This document shows, piece by piece, positions 24,966 to 38,336 of a DNA stretch of 64,000 bases (the first letter of the stretch is position 1; the number at the start of each line of letters is the position of its first letter). The notes beneath the pieces were generated by a model. That model did not search any database. It saw only the letters and a list, made by a program, of their open reading frames with translations, and had not been told where the DNA came from. A program made the position numbers and the translations under genes. This DNA is from Mobula hypostoma (Eukaryota): NCBI RefSeq assembly GCF_963921235.1, contig NC_086097.1, forward strand, positions 117,430,001-117,494,000, written 5' to 3'.

Positions 24966-26450
24966 CCTGAAAGATGTCAGGAAAGGGTAAGAAATATAGG
25001 TATATATCCTCTTTCATGTGGGTTGTTGTCAAAGTAGCATACTATTCATTCCATGTTGCCCTGTCTGTTCCATTTATGGTTTGTTCTGGTAGCCAGCTTA
25101 TCACTAGATAGTCTCGGTTCACTCATCAAAGCTGAAGGAGTCGAGCTGCCTGAAGACCACATACCAGATGTACAGGACAGCTGCAAACACCTGGGGATCC
25201 TACAGCCACATGGATGGCACGATGAGAACACAAGGAAGGCTGCAACATCCAAGTTCATCCAAAGGGTGACACAGGTCCTAAAAAGCCAGTTGAATGGGAA
25301 GAACAAGATAAGAGCTACCAACACATTTGCCTTACCAGTTAACAGATACCAGCTGCAATAGTGTACTGGCCAAGGAATGAACTGGAAATCACTGACATCA
25401 AAACCTGGAAACTACTAACAATGCAACGAAGATTCCACCCAAAGTCCAACGTCGAGCAACTGTACGCCCATAAGAATAAAGGAGGAGGGGGTCTTGGAAG
25501 TGTCAAGGCCACAGTCCTAGAAGAAAAGTGAACATCCCTGAGTATGTCAGGAAGGTGGCCCCTAAGGATGATCTGCTGGAGAATACCTCAGACATCAGGC
25601 AGGGGATATGGAAATGGAAGTGGGTGAAGCAGAGCCAGAGGACCAGAGGCCATGCACGGGATGTACCATCATCAGGTAACAGAGATAGCAGACGTAAGAA
25701 AGTCCTACCAATGGCTGGAAATGGCAGGACTGAGGGGCTGTTCCTGGCTGCACAAGAACAGTTGCTGAGCACAAAAGCAATAGAAGCAGTGGTCTATCAC
25801 ATCAGACAAGTTCCAAGATACAAACTGTGCAAGGAATCCGCTGAAACCATCCACACATAGTAACAGGGTGGAAGATGCAGGCAGGGACAGCATACACTGA
25901 ACGTTGCAACCAAGTTGCAGGAATTGTGTACAGGAACATCTGCACTGAGTATGGATTGGACACTCCCAAGTTCAAATGGGAAACACCAGAGAAGATAGTG
26001 GAGAATGACAGAGCTAAGAACTTGTGGGACTTCCAGATACAGACTGACAAGTAGGTACTGGCCAACCAATATAGTAATACTGGGCAAGGAACAAAAGAAA
26101 ACAATAGTAATAGATGTGGCAATCCCAAATAACAGTAACATCAAGAAGAAAAAATATGAGAAGCCGGATAAATACTAGGGCTTTAAAGAGCAGATAGAAA
26201 GGATATGGAAGGTTAAAGCCAGGGTAATCCCAGTGGTGATAAGAGCACTTGGAGCAGTGACAGCTGGACTGGGAAAGTGGCTCCAACAAATCCCAGGAAC
26301 AACCTTTTGAGATCTCAGCCCAGAAGAGCACACTACAAGGTACGGTAAGGATACTAAGCTGAACCCTCAAGCTGCCAGGCCTCTGGTAGAGGGCCCGAGA
26401 TTGAGGAAAAAATACAGATACACACCACCCATAAGAGGTGAGAAAAAATG
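24966..26450 (+). mobile_element. Decayed R4/Dong (Rex6-like) non-LTR retrotransposon
   Basis: KHLGILQ..VLKSQLNGKNKIRATNTFALPV; LAAQEQLLST..KLCKESAETIH; NLWDFQIQTD, VIDVAIP..KKYEKPDKY, VIPVVIRALG. 24350-24496 may be its 5' part. Confidence 0.85.
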
Positions 26451-27559
26451 TTATATTTAAAGCAGTGTTTGATAAGTTCTTGAAGGTGTGGAAAGTTATG
26501 GGGAGAAGGCAGGAGAATGGGGTTTAGAAGGGATAAGTCAAGTTCTGGCTCCAGTAAGATGCTGGCGAGATTGATCACAGTGGCTTATATAGGGTCAACA
26601 AAGGGTGCTACTGTCCTTCTTAAACATATTTTTTATGATCGATAGATCCTGCTAGACATTAAAAACTTCAAGTTCTGAATTTCTACCCCATCAGCGAGTT
26701 GTTTGTTGGCGTAGAAAATGAAGGAGGTGTGCATAGTGCTGGTGCTTGCATCGAAGGAGATGTATAGTCTCATAGTGAGTGATCAGCTGTATAGCAGTTG
26801 AGCTGTGTGGCCTCGGTCATAGCAAGGACTAGGCCTGAAGCTACAGAGTCACCTGTTTACAGGCGACAGGAGAAGGGCATTGGAGTAGGTGCACTCCACT
26901 AAGGGCAGTGTGGTGCGGGTCCAGGCTGGAGTTGGTGGTGCCCCTACACCCCCAGTGTTCACTCAGCAGAAAGCAAGCTGTTTTGTGGTCGACTGCATTC
27001 ATGGCTCAGTCCTGGACTTTTTTTGGTGGTAGTATCTTATTGATATCTTTACGTGCTTGCTATCTTGTACGTGCTATGTGACTGTTGGTACTGAGTTTTT
27101 GCACCTTAGTCCTGGAGTAACACTGTCTCTTTTGGCTGTATTCATGGGTACTCACGTATGGTTGAATGATAATTAAACAAATTGAATTGAATGAATTAGC
27201 CATATGAATGATGGAGCAGACTCGATGGGCTGATTGGCCTACTTCTGTTTCTCTGTCCTATGGTGTGCAAGGAAGTTTTACATGTCATTACAGACAAAGA
27301 GGAGATGGTAGATCCTCCTGTTGACTTAGTCAAGATGGCACCAATAAGTGACGACTCTTAGCTTGCAGCACCAATGGGAATCATCAAATATTCCTAGTTA
27401 GGACTAATAGAAATCCACACTTAAATCCAAATGGACTTCAATAAGCAACATCATTTTAAGGTGTTTAAAAAATCTATCAATCTTCAAAATAGATAGACCC
27501 TGGAATTAAGACTTAGATCACGAGTGCTGCTCCCCTTTAAGAAAATGGAAATGGGATTC

Positions 27560-28980
27560 CTTTACCTTAAGCTCCCTAATCAAAAATGGTTCATTGCACA
27601 ACACCCAATTTCCGGTTACCCTTTCCCTAATGAGCTCAACCACAAGCTACTTTAAAAAGCCATCTTGTAAGTATTCTGCAAATTCCCTCTCTTAGGAATC
27701 ATCAGCAATCCAATTTTCACTATCTACCCGTGTATTGAAATCCCCCATGACTAACATAACATTACCTTTTTTAGATGCCTTTATCACCCACTGTAATTTG
27801 CAGCCCACATCCAGAAGCTTGTACTATATGTAACTCCCATCAGGGGCTTCCAACCCTTGCAATTTCTTAACTCTACCCACAAAGATCCATCATTTTCCGA
27901 TCCTATGTGATTTCTTTCTAAGGATTTGATTTCATTTTTTTTTTACTAACAGAGCCACCCCACCCCTTCTGCCTATTTGCCTGCCTCTTTGATACAATGT
28001 GTCTCCCAGCTATGATCTTCTTTCTGGCTCAGTAATGTCCACAATCTCATACATGTCAATCTCTAACTGCATTACAAGATCTTCTACTTTATTCCGTAAA
28101 CTCTGTGCATTCAAGTATAACACCTTCACTCCTGTTTATCACCTTCTTCAATTTTGCCTCCATGTTACACTTCAACTCATTCCGCTGACTGCAATTTTAC
28201 GCCATCACCTGCCTGTCTTTCCTCACAGTCCCACTATATGCTGCACTGCCTGTATACCAACTGCCCCATCATCAGCCCTATCACTTTGGTTCCCTTCCCC
28301 CTGCCAGATTAGTTTAAATTCTCACCAACAACTCTAGAAAACCTGCCCAGAAGGATATTGGTGCCCCTTAAGTTCAGGTGCAACCTGTCCATTTTGTACG
28401 TGTCATACTTTCCCCAGAAGAGATGCTAATGATCTAGAAACCCTGCCCCCTGCGCCAATTCCTCAGCCACGCATTCATCTGTCAAAACATCCTTCACTAT
28501 TTTATCTGCCAGCTATAATTTTTCTCCTTTTGTCTGAATTGTCATTTTAGTCCGACTTTATATTTTCCATACTCCTCACCTTTTCTTCTTAGTGCCAGAT
28601 TTATGTTTCTTTATTTCCTTATCTGACATTTCTTGTCCCTTGATATTGAGGTGTGATGTACTATCCCCAGCCTTCTGCTTTATAGATCATATTGGCATTA
28701 TTTCACTTGAGAAGGTCTGCCAATTGCTGGATGTGGACTTAGTTTATTCTCCTTTCAGCAGGTCAGGTTACCTCCAATTCAGGATCTTGGTTTGTAATCC
28801 ATTACTTTCCCTTTCCTATCTACTTCTGACTTAAAAACTTCTGATCATTCCAAGAGCCTCTCTTATTGACATTCCAGGCACTTGCCTGGTTACATCACCA
28901 AAGATTAGATCCTGTACGGCTTCCTCTCGTGTGGGACTATTTCCACATTGGTTCAGAAAGCTTTTCTGAATTCATTTTAA
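27560..28980 (-). mobile_element. CR1 endonuclease/ORF1 fragments
   Basis: Homologous to 9800-10850 (VMGDFN, GTNIL, (G)DLA remnants). Confidence 0.75.
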
Positions 28981-30566
28981 AAAGTTTACTTTCACACAAA
29001 AGCAAATCTAAATTCAAAGTTCAATGAACATTATCAAAGGTATGTACACTATATAAAACCTTGAGATTTCTCCCTTTACAGGCAGCCACAAAACAAAGAA
29101 ACCCAATAGAACCCATTGTACAAAAGACTGTCAAACCCCCAAAGTGCAGAATAAATTATAAATCATGCAAACAATAAAAAGGAAGAAATATCATTCAGAA
29201 CTAAAGATCACTGAAGTGAGTCCATAACCACGAAGCCAGATCATCCTTATAGCCGGTCCAGGAGACCATTAGTTGCAGGCCACAGCCTCATTTCTGCATG
29301 GAGTTCAGTAAACCTCAAGCAGCAAGCTGAACCCCGGGCCATCCCTCGCCTCTCGCCCTGACACCCTGTCTCTTTCAATCTGGCCTAGCGCTTAAATTAG
29401 CCAGACATCGGCTTGTTCCTCACTCTCAGGCCCAGGCTGCACTACCTCAACTCTGCTGCTTTGAATTGCCTCCAGGTTCAACCCAGCAATGACCAGACAT
29501 TGATCTAATTATGAAAGTTGATGTCCCCTGCTACTGAAACAAAGTTATTCTTACGCTTCTATGCGATTTATTTAAAACTCTGCTCTTCCATCACCTGCTG
29601 TCTCCTGGGGGCAGCACAGTAGCGTGGCAATTAATGCAACACTTTACAATGCCAGTGATTAGGTGATTAGGGTTCTAACTCCAGCCACTGTCTGAAAGGA
29701 ATTTGTACAGTGTTCCCATTGTGACGTCAAACCAAGTTATCAGAAGATTGATGCTGATGAGAGAGATAAGAGAGACAAAGGGAGAAGCGTTCAAAATGTT
29801 AATGAGAGAGGAGAAAGAGATTAACGAAAAGAGACACAGTTCCGAGTATTGACAGACCGGTTGCTTTGAACCTGAACTGTTTGAAGTTTGATGGACAGGC
29901 GATACCCCAGCAGGAGGATAAAAGGAATATGTTCGCTAAGACACGACAGACACCACGAGATCACGAGATAACGAAACCCTGGAAAAGCGGTGTGCCCCCA
30001 CTATTTGGTGGAGTTTGGAGTTCTGGTCGCGGGAACCGACCAATAGACGCACAGGTTGAAAAGGTACGATCGGCGGGAACCTGGTGTGTGTGTCCGCTCT
30101 TGCCTGGGTGCCGGGTTAACCGCGGAAGAACTGTCGTATCCGGAACGGAGGGGTCACAGTCAGTGACCACAGAAGATATTAAAAGGGTTCGCCCGAAAGC
30201 TAACTGAAAGCTAACCCGAAGAACAAAGGTCTGTGTGAATCAGAATTTGCATACTATCTCCCTCCCTCTCCAACGGCACAACAGCGATTACTGCGAACTG
30301 TACTAAGCTGAACTGAACTCTGCGTCACTTGAGACTGATCATTTTACCCCTAGACTGCGATAGAGCTTGTTTGATTCCTATTACCCTAGTTCTGTGTACA
30401 CGTGTGTTTTATCACTGCTAATCTGTTGCATTTATATCCTTACGATTAGAGTACTGTGTTACTTATTTTCTTTAATAAAACTTTCTTAGTTCCAGTAATC
30501 CAGACTCCAACTAAGTGGTCCATTTCTGCTGGTTTGGCAACCCAGTTATGGGGTATGTAACATAAG

Positions 30567-30586
30567 TGGGGTTCTCGTCCGCGATT
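30567..30586 (+). promoter_or_regulatory. Primer-binding site, tRNA-Pro type
   Basis: TGGGGTTCTCGTCCGCGATT versus canonical TGGGGGCTCGTCCGGGATT. Confidence 0.75.
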
Positions 30587-30661
30587 TTGAACGCCAAATT
30601 TGGGACTGGGTAAATTGATTGGGTTAAAATTCCCGAAAGAAAGAAAGGGCAAACAGCAGAA

Positions 30662-31852
30662 ATGGAGATTGAGGAATTTCTAAAGGCGCCAACCTTGGAG
30701 GCATTAGAGGATGCCAGGAAATCAGAATTGTCAACTGTGGCCAAACGGTTGAATCTTTTTAAGGGGAAGTCGACAATGAGGAGAGCAGAGATGCACAGAG
30801 CTATCATAGAGCATTATGTATCTAAAGGTGTGTCTCCCCAAGGGGAGCTGGAAGTAATAACTATTGGCAAACCTGGTAGAGAAGCAATACAGCTGCAGAT
30901 TGAAAAATTGAGACTCGAGCATGAGTTCCGGTTAAAACAGCTGGAGAGGGAAGAGAGGGACAGGCAGTTAGAATGACAAGAGAGAGAGAAGGAAAGGGAG
31001 TTTGAGCTGGAGAAGTTAAGGATGACGCTAGCGCTGGGGCCCATGCCGAACCAAGGTGGAGGATTCAGGGCGACCCAGGAGGTTAGGCTGGTTCCCCCAT
31101 TTGAGGAGGCCAATGTTGATCAGTACTTCCTCCATTTTGAAAAAGTCGCTGCAAGTCAGGACTGGCCGAGGGATGAGTAGGTTGTTTTGCTTCAGAGCGT
31201 ACTTAAAGGAAAAGCCCAGCAAGCTTACTCGGCCTTGTCCGCAGAAGATGCCCAGAGGTATGATGTGGTGAAAGGGGCCATACTCAGGATTTATGAGTTG
31301 GTCCCAGAGGCATACCGGCAGAGGTTCCAGAATGCGAGGAAGCAGTGGGGCCACACGTATTTAGAGTTTGCCCATGAGATGCAGATGTATTGTGAGCGTT
31401 GTTGTGCCTCGAAAGGGGTCAATGGGGATTATGACAGACTGCTACAGCTAATACTGATTGAGCAGTTTAAAGGTTGTGTTCCTGAAGGTATGAGACCCTA
31501 CCTATATGAGAAAGAGGCAGACACCTTAGCTGCAACTGCTAAGTTAGCGGATGAATACGCGTTAACGCACAAAGCGAAGTTTACCCCGAGTAAAGGCTAC
31601 CAGAAGGGTAGTAAAGATGGTGGAGAGAGTCCGCCAGAAAAGTCAGAAAATAAGCCAGGGACTAGTGAGAAGGATAAGGCAGACTGGGAGCAGTTCGTTA
31701 GGAAGTCTCCTGGGGTCGTATGCTATAATTGTGGGAAAGCCGGACACTTTGCGTCCAGGTGCTTTGCCCTAAAGAAGGAGACGGGGAAAGGGAAAACGAC
31801 GGTTCTGACTGGCTGTGTTAAGCTGGTAAACAAACGGGGAGAAGAGGTCTGA
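30662..31852 (+). pseudogene. gag: Gag (coiled coil, SCAN-related capsid, CCHC knuckle) with 2 in-frame stops
   Basis: VPPFEEANVDQYFLHFEKVA, LKGKAQQAYSAL..YELVPEAYRQRF..LILIEQFK, CYNCGKAGHFASRC. Confidence 0.9.
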
Positions 31853-31892
31853 TAAAGTTCAGGAAGGGCGCGAGAGGTTTATCTCGGCCGGA

Positions 31893-33640
31893 TTGGTGTC
31901 GGTGAAGGAGGGGGTAAACCCAGCTCCAGTACGGATCTGGAGAGACTCTGGAGCTTGTCAGTCATTGATATTGAAGAGTGTGTTAGACTTTAGTTCAGAG
32001 ACCCAGACTGTGGAGGTCAGGGTGCTGAAAGGCATTGGGAAAGGGACTGAAGCAGTACCTTTGCACCAGATACACCTAAAAAGTGACTTGGTCTCCGGAC
32101 CGGTCACGATCGGGGTGAGGCCCGAACTACCGATGGAAGACGTGGAGGTCTTACTCAGTAATGACCTCGCCGGCGGAGAGGTGTACCCAGCAGTAAGAGT
32201 GACAAGCCAACCTGCCAGCATTGAGGCCCCGCCGATGGACTCTCAGGTTTATCCCGTTTGCGCAGTGACTCAGCGCATGTCCAGAAAGGCTGCCGAAGCG
32301 AATGTAGATTTAGCGGAGACGTTTTTACCAGCCTTGTACCAGGAGGGTTTAGAAAGTGAGAAGAAAGGGCGTAGTGAAACGGAAGTTAAGGTAGACTTAT
32401 CATTAGAAAGGAAGGAATTTATACAGGCACAGGAGCGAGACGAAGAGCTGATGGTTTTGACGGAGATAGCTCTCTCCAAAGCAGAATTAACAAGGGAGCC
32501 AGTGGGCTATTATGTGAAGGAGGGAGTACTAAGGAGGAAATGGAGACCAAGTACCGTGCCTGCAGATGAGGAATGGGGGGCGGTGCCAAAAATTTATGGG
32601 GATGAGATTCTTAATCTGGCCCACAAGATACCCCTCGGTGGACATTTTGGGGTGAGGAAAACAGTCGACAGAATCGTGAAAGAGTCTTATTGGCTGCACA
32701 GGAGGAAGAACGCTATTGACTATTGTAGACGTGAACTAACACAGTTACAGGCTATTAACATGTTAAAGGCTTACCACGATCAGAAAACAGATCTAGTTGT
32801 TGGTGTTATCACAAAAATTAATGAGGCTAGGATGCCACCTGATATGGGGAAAACCCATTTTGAAAAGATAAGTAAGGTGCCGACCAGGTGGGAGAACTCT
32901 ATCATTTTGGCCAACTTTGCTGATGAGTTCTCTCACTTAACCCCCGAACAAAGCGAGCTGCCGATAAAGCTAATTAACCGGCATGCACACGCATGTCCGG
33001 ATGTCCCAAGGTGATGCAAAGAGCAGGGACATGGTGTTGTTGTCACATCAGGTCAGCCTAGTGAGCAACACCCCTATAGGATGATTAATTCAGTGACAAA
33101 TGGGCTAAAGAACGCAGAAGCGTATATTGGCGATGTAGTGGTCTGGTGTGACACGTGGGAAGAGCACATTGTGGCACTGTTTAAATGGCTGCTTGAAGCC
33201 AGCCTGACAGTGAATCTCGCAAAAAGTGAATTCGGCCACGGAAAGATCACTTATCTGGGATTTGTGGTAAGACAGGGGCAGCTGGCACTGATGCAGACTA
33301 AGGTGCGGGCTGTCTCTGAAGTCCCCACCCCGACAGACAAGAAAGCCCTGAGAAGGTTCTTGGGGATGGTGGGGTACTACCTGAAGTTTTGCAAAAACTT
33401 TGTGGATATTACCCTCCCTCTTACTAAGCTCTTGCCAAAGAATGCTAAGTTTGTGTGGGACGACTCTTGTTATCTTTGTCCGGGTCGGAAACCATTGAGA
33501 ATTTACACTGAACACAACCCATTAGTGTTTTTGGCCACTATGAAGTTTGCTAAATTGGAGCCTGGTCTTAGAGGATTATTAAAATAACACATATAAAAGG
33601 AACGGAAAGGTGATTGCTGACTGTCTGTCAAGGTGTTGAG
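31893..33640 (+). pseudogene. pol: Deleted pol: protease, integrase Zn-binding region, RT and RNase H remnants
   Basis: WRDSGACQSLI; LAHKIPLGGHFGVRKT; AYIGDVVV (degenerate YIDD); LRRFLGMVGYY; IYTEHNPLVFL. No integrase DDE core and no RT N-terminal motifs visible. Confidence 0.88.
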
Positions 33641-33746
33641 AACTTAAAGTTCTCTGTATTAGCCGAATAGCCGATGACCCTGTATATTAAGTGTGTATCT
33701 ATTAATGTATTCATGCCTATAATTTTTACCTCGGTAAAAATCCTTT

Positions 33747-33758
33747 GAAGGGTTGGGG
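33747..33758 (+). promoter_or_regulatory. Polypurine tract
   Basis: GAAGGGTTGGGG immediately before the 3' LTR. Confidence 0.7.
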
Positions 33759-34723
33759 TGTAACGAAAAACCAAGTTATCAGAAGATTGATGCTGATGAG
33801 AGAGATAAGAGAGACAAAGGGAGTAGCATTCAAAATGTTAATGAGAGAGGAGAAAGAGATTAACAAAAAGAGACACAGTTCCAAGTATTGACAGACCGGT
33901 TGCTTTGAACCTGAACTGTTTGAAATTTGATGGACAGGCGATACCCCAGCAGGGGGATAAAAGGAACAGGTTCGCTAAGGCATGACAGACACCACAAGAT
34001 CACGAGATAACGAGACCCTGGAAAAGCGGTGTGCCCCCACAAGTTGCTGCGAGTTAGGAGATCTGGTCACGGGAACTGACCATAGACGCACAGGGCAAAA
34101 AGGTACAATCGGCGGGAACCTGGTCTGTGTTTCCGCCCTTGCCTGGGTACCGGGTTCACCGCGGAAGAACGGTCGTATCCGGAACGGAGGGGTCACAGTC
34201 GGGGACCACAGAAGGCATTAAAAGGGTTCGCCCGAAAGCTAACTGCGAAGAACAAAGGTCTGTGTGAATCAGAATTTGCATATTATCTCCCTCCCTCTTC
34301 AACGGCACAACAGCGATTACTGCGAACTGTACTAAGCTGAACTGAACTCTGCGTCACTTGAGACTGATCATTTTACCCTTAGACTGTGATAGAGCTTGTT
34401 TGATTCCTATTACCCTAGTTCTGTGTACATGTGTGTTTTATCATTGCTAACCTGTTGCATTTATTTCCTTACGATTAGAGTACTGTTTTACTTATTTTCT
34501 TTAATAAAACTTTCTTAGTTCCAGTAATCCAGACTCCAACTAAGTGGTCCATTTCTGCTGGTTTGGCAGCCCAGTTACGGGGTACGTAACACCAACACCG
34601 CATAAGTTTCATCGAGGTGCTCTGGTTTCCTCCTACATTCCAAAGACATACACTTAGGGTTACTCATGGGTATGCCACATTGGCACTGGAAGCATTGCAA
34701 GACTTGTAGGCTGTCGTCAGCAG

Positions 34724-36095
34724 ATGGTGGGGAAAATGCTAGAGTCAGTTATCAAAGATGTGATAACAGCACATTTGGAAAGCGGTGAAATCATCGGACA
34801 AAGTCAGCATGGATTTGTGAAAGGAAAATCATGTCTGACGAGTCTCATAGAATTTTTTGAGGATGTAACTAGTAGAGTGGATAGGGGAGAATCAGTGGAT
34901 GTGGTATATTTGGATTTTCAAAAGGCTTTTGACAAGGTCCCACACAGGTGATAGTGTACAAACTTAAAGCACAAGGTATTGGGGGTATGGTATTGATGTA
35001 GATAGAGAATTGTTTGGCAGACAGGAAGCAAAGAGTGGGAATAAACGGGACCTTTTTAGAATGGCAGGCAGTGACTAGTGGGTACCGCAAGGCTCAGTGC
35101 TGGGACCCCAGTAGTTTACAATATGTATTAATGAATTAGACGAGGGAATTAAAAGCAGCATCTCCAAGTTTGCGGATGACACGAAGCTGGGCGGCAGTGT
35201 TAGCTCTGAGGAGGATGCTAAGAGGATGCAGGGTGACTTGGATAGGTTAGGTGAGTGGGAAAATTCATTTAATGTGGATAAATGTAAGGTTATCCACTTT
35301 GGTGGCAAGAACAGGAAAACCGATTATTATCTGAATGGTGGCCGATTAGGAAAAGGGGAGGTGCAACGAGACCTGGGTGTCATTGTACACCAGTCATTGA
35401 AAGTGGACATACAGGTACAGCAGGCAGTGAAAAAGGCAAATGGTATGCTGGTATTCATAGCAAGAGGATTCGAGTACAGGAGCAGGGAGGTACTACTGCA
35501 TTTGTACAAGTCCTTGGTGAGACCACACCTGGAGTATTGTGTGCAGTTTTGGTCCCCTAATCTGAGGAAATACATTCTTGCCATAGAGGGAGTACAAAGA
35601 AGGTTCACCAGATTGATTCCTGGGATGGCAGGATTTTCATATGATGAAAGACTGGATTGACTAGGCTTATACTCTCTGGAATTTAGAAGATTGAGGAGGG
35701 ATCTGATTGAAACATATAAAATTCTAAAGGGATTGGACAGGCTAGATGCAGGAAGATTGTTCCCGATGGTGGGGAAGTCCTGAATGAGGGGTCACAGTTT
35801 GAGGATAAAGGGGAAGCCTTTTAGGACCGAGATGAGGAAAAACTTCTTCACACAGCGAGTGGTGAATCTGTGGAATTCTCTGCAACAGGAAACAGTTGAG
35901 GCCAGTTTATTGGCTATATTTAAGAGGGAGTCAGATATGGCCCTTGTGGCTAAAGGGATCAGGGGGTATGGAGAGAAGGCAGGTACAGGGTTCTGAGTTG
36001 GATGATCAGCCATGATCATACTGAATGGCAGTGCAGGCTCGAAGGGCCGAATGGCCTACTCCTGCATCTATTTTCTATGTTTCTATGTTTCTATG
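34724..36095 (+). mobile_element. Young 5'-truncated CR1 LINE
   Basis: YLDFQKAFDKVPH, KFADDTKL; (TTTCTATG)n tail; nearly identical to 59965-61349. Confidence 0.95.
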
Positions 36096-36269
36096 ATCCT
36101 TAATATGTTGGTCGTTGACACAAACAATGCATTTCACTGCATGCTTCAATGTTTCAATGTACACGTGACAAACAAAGCTAATCTTTATCTTTGTTTTATT
36201 GTTAGGACCGTGGTATGTCCCAGGGAAGTGATCACCCCCACTTCATTTCTTACCTCACTCACATAACCT

Positions 36270-37110
36270 CATTTGCATCAACAAATTTCTGCAGATCTGC
36301 TGTTGTAACTAACCTGACTGTTTGCATCATGATCTGGTACAGCGATTTGGAACAGCAGAGAGCCGTAAACTCAGCCCAATACAACACTGGCACATCACTC
36401 CCTCTCTCATCCCTTCCATTTATCTTACATGAGGCACTGCCTCAGGAAGGCAACATCCATCACCAGAAACCACACTATCTACGTAATGCCATCTTCTCAC
36501 AGCTGCCCTCAGACAGGGGGAACAGAAGCCTGAAGTCTCACACCAGCAGGTTTAAGTACAGCTACTTCATTTCAACCATTCAGTTCTTGAACCAACCTGG
36601 ACAAGCTTAATCTGTAACAAGAGACCTATGGGTGGAATGAACCCAAGTGCAGAGTAAGGTCTAGAACTCATACTCAAAATAAACTGAACAAAACAAATGC
36701 AACAGCAAATCACAAACAGTAGTACTAGAAATGGAACTCCTACAATTGAGCACTGTCTGTTCAGCGCAAGGACTTTAAGTACAGAGTTTCCATGAGGGGA
36801 TGGGGCAGGAAATAACTGGCAGTCTGAGTCCCGATGGGACAGAAGCAGCTAACCATACTCTTGGGAACTGAAGTACCGAAACTTGGATGCTTGCCATTGC
36901 CCAGTCGGGACCGTGACATAATCGTTACCTCAATATAGCAACACTAAGACCACTTTGATCTCTTTTCAGTACAATGGATTTTTTAAAATTTGTATTCTTT
37001 CTGGTATAACTTTCTATAGTTTATGTTATTCTTGTGAATGTTTTGCATCAGATGCTATATGCTGATGCAGTTTGGTTTCTCATTGCACCTGTGCATATAT
37101 GTACTTATGC
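36270..37110 (+). mobile_element. Rex/Babar-type 3' remnant
   Basis: LTVCIMIWY, FSQLPSDRGNRSLKSHTSRFKYSYF; interrupted by a solo LTR. Confidence 0.65.
36613..36918. mobile_element. 306-bp solo LTR
   Basis: TGTAA..TGACA ends with perfect 5-bp TSD TAATC. Confidence 0.8.
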
Positions 37111-37202
37111 ATATGTGTAACCTTGGTTTGATTCATTTGGAAATCCTTCTAGGATATCATCACCACAGTGATAGAAGCCTTAATTAACATTGCAACATGG
37201 TC

Positions 37203-37320
37203 AACACACACAAAATGCTGGAGGAACTCAGCAGATCAGACAGCATCTGTGGAAATTAATAAAGTCTTGATGTTTCAGGCTGAAACTCTTCATCAGTACT
37301 AGAAAGAGGGAAGAAGCCCC
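37203..37320 (-). mobile_element. Penelope terminus fragment with hammerhead motif
   Basis: Minus strand CTGATGAAGAGTTTCAGCCTGAAAC..CTGCTGAGTTCCTCCAGCATTTTGTGTG. Confidence 0.7.
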
Positions 37321-37387
37321 AGTCTTTTCCACTGCAAAATGTTCTTTTACAATTACACCTCACCCCACCTGCTGATAAGACCAGAAG

Positions 37388-37745
37388 TGTCATAACGGGG
37401 ACGCTGGGAACGGACCCAAATGCAAGACACAGACACTGAAGTACTATGAATAGAACTTGACTAGAGAGCTGGGACAAGAACACAGACTTGGGCTAGGACA
37501 TTGGCTAGGCAACCCGGGACCAGGACAAGGAACAAGGAACTTTTAACCTGGACAAGGACTCCAAGCCAGAGACTGGGCAGGGATCCGGAACCTGAGTCTT
37601 GACTTGGGCTCAGACTCCGGATCTAGGTTCGGACAAGACGTGGCAAGGCAACAGGACTGGGCGTGGTGGCAGGACACGGGACTCCTGGGCAGGACGCGGG
37701 ATCAGAACTGGATGAGGACACGAAGCTAAGACTTGGACTTGGGAG
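37388..37745. mobile_element. Partial LTR-like element related to 20412-22407
   Basis: TGTCATAACGG..GGACCCAAAT and GGACTCCAAGCCAGAGACTGGGCA are shared with 20412-20700. Confidence 0.7.
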
Positions 37746-38099
37746 TGTCACAAGAAAACAGCATTCATCATCAAGGACCCCTACCATCTGGGCCATGCTC
37801 TCATCTTGCCACTGCCATAGGAAAGAGGTACAACAGCCTTATGTCCCACACCACCAGGATCAGGAACAGTTAGCAGTCTTCAACCATTAGGCTCCTGACC
37901 CAGCAAGGATAACTTCACTCACCACAACTCTGAACTGATTCCACAAACTATGGACTCTGCGGCTCATGTTCTCAGTATTGAATTAATTATCTTTTAGATT
38001 TGAACAGATTGTCTTCTTTCACTACGCTCTATTCTGGATTTACATCTGGATCATGAGATCATCAATCTCCTTCAATATAGAGTTTTCAACCACTGTTGT

Positions 38100-38336
38100 C
38101 AACTCTGTCATGAAGGAGTGTTGAGCATGGAGCTAGCAATTTTATCCTGTAAAAATCAAGCACTACAGAAATACTACCTGAGCCCCAAAATCCTCATCTC
38201 TGGCAGAGGAAGGATCTTCACTTAGAAGCTGTGATGAAAGCAAAAGCCAAAGGGCCGATCAACCTTTGACCAAGGACTGAGGACTCTGACGTTGGTGGCC
38301 CTTGCCTCAGTAGGGGTGATGGGTTAAGAAGAAGAA
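38100..38336 (+). mobile_element. Short RTE-type non-autonomous retroposon
   Basis: CACTGTTGT TSD (38091-38099, 38337-38345); (AAG)n tail. Confidence 0.55.

Larger units (their letters stand above)
29720..34591 (+). mobile_element. Gmr1-like Ty3/Gypsy LTR retrotransposon, internally deleted
   Basis: Highly similar TG..CA LTRs at 29720-30562 and 33759-34591; CCAT/CCAA flanks; tRNA-Pro-like PBS; PPT; domain order gag-PR-IN(Zn)-RT-RH. Confidence 0.93.
29608..36190 (+). mobile_element. One V-SINE split into three pieces (29608-29719, 34592-34723, 36096-36190)
   Basis: Head, V-domain and tail join up once the Gypsy and CR1 insertions are removed. Confidence 0.7.

Noticed and set aside
31187..31852. 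Host SCAN zinc-finger gene
   Set aside because: It lies between LTRs after a PBS and ends in a CCHC knuckle, so it is retrotransposon gag.
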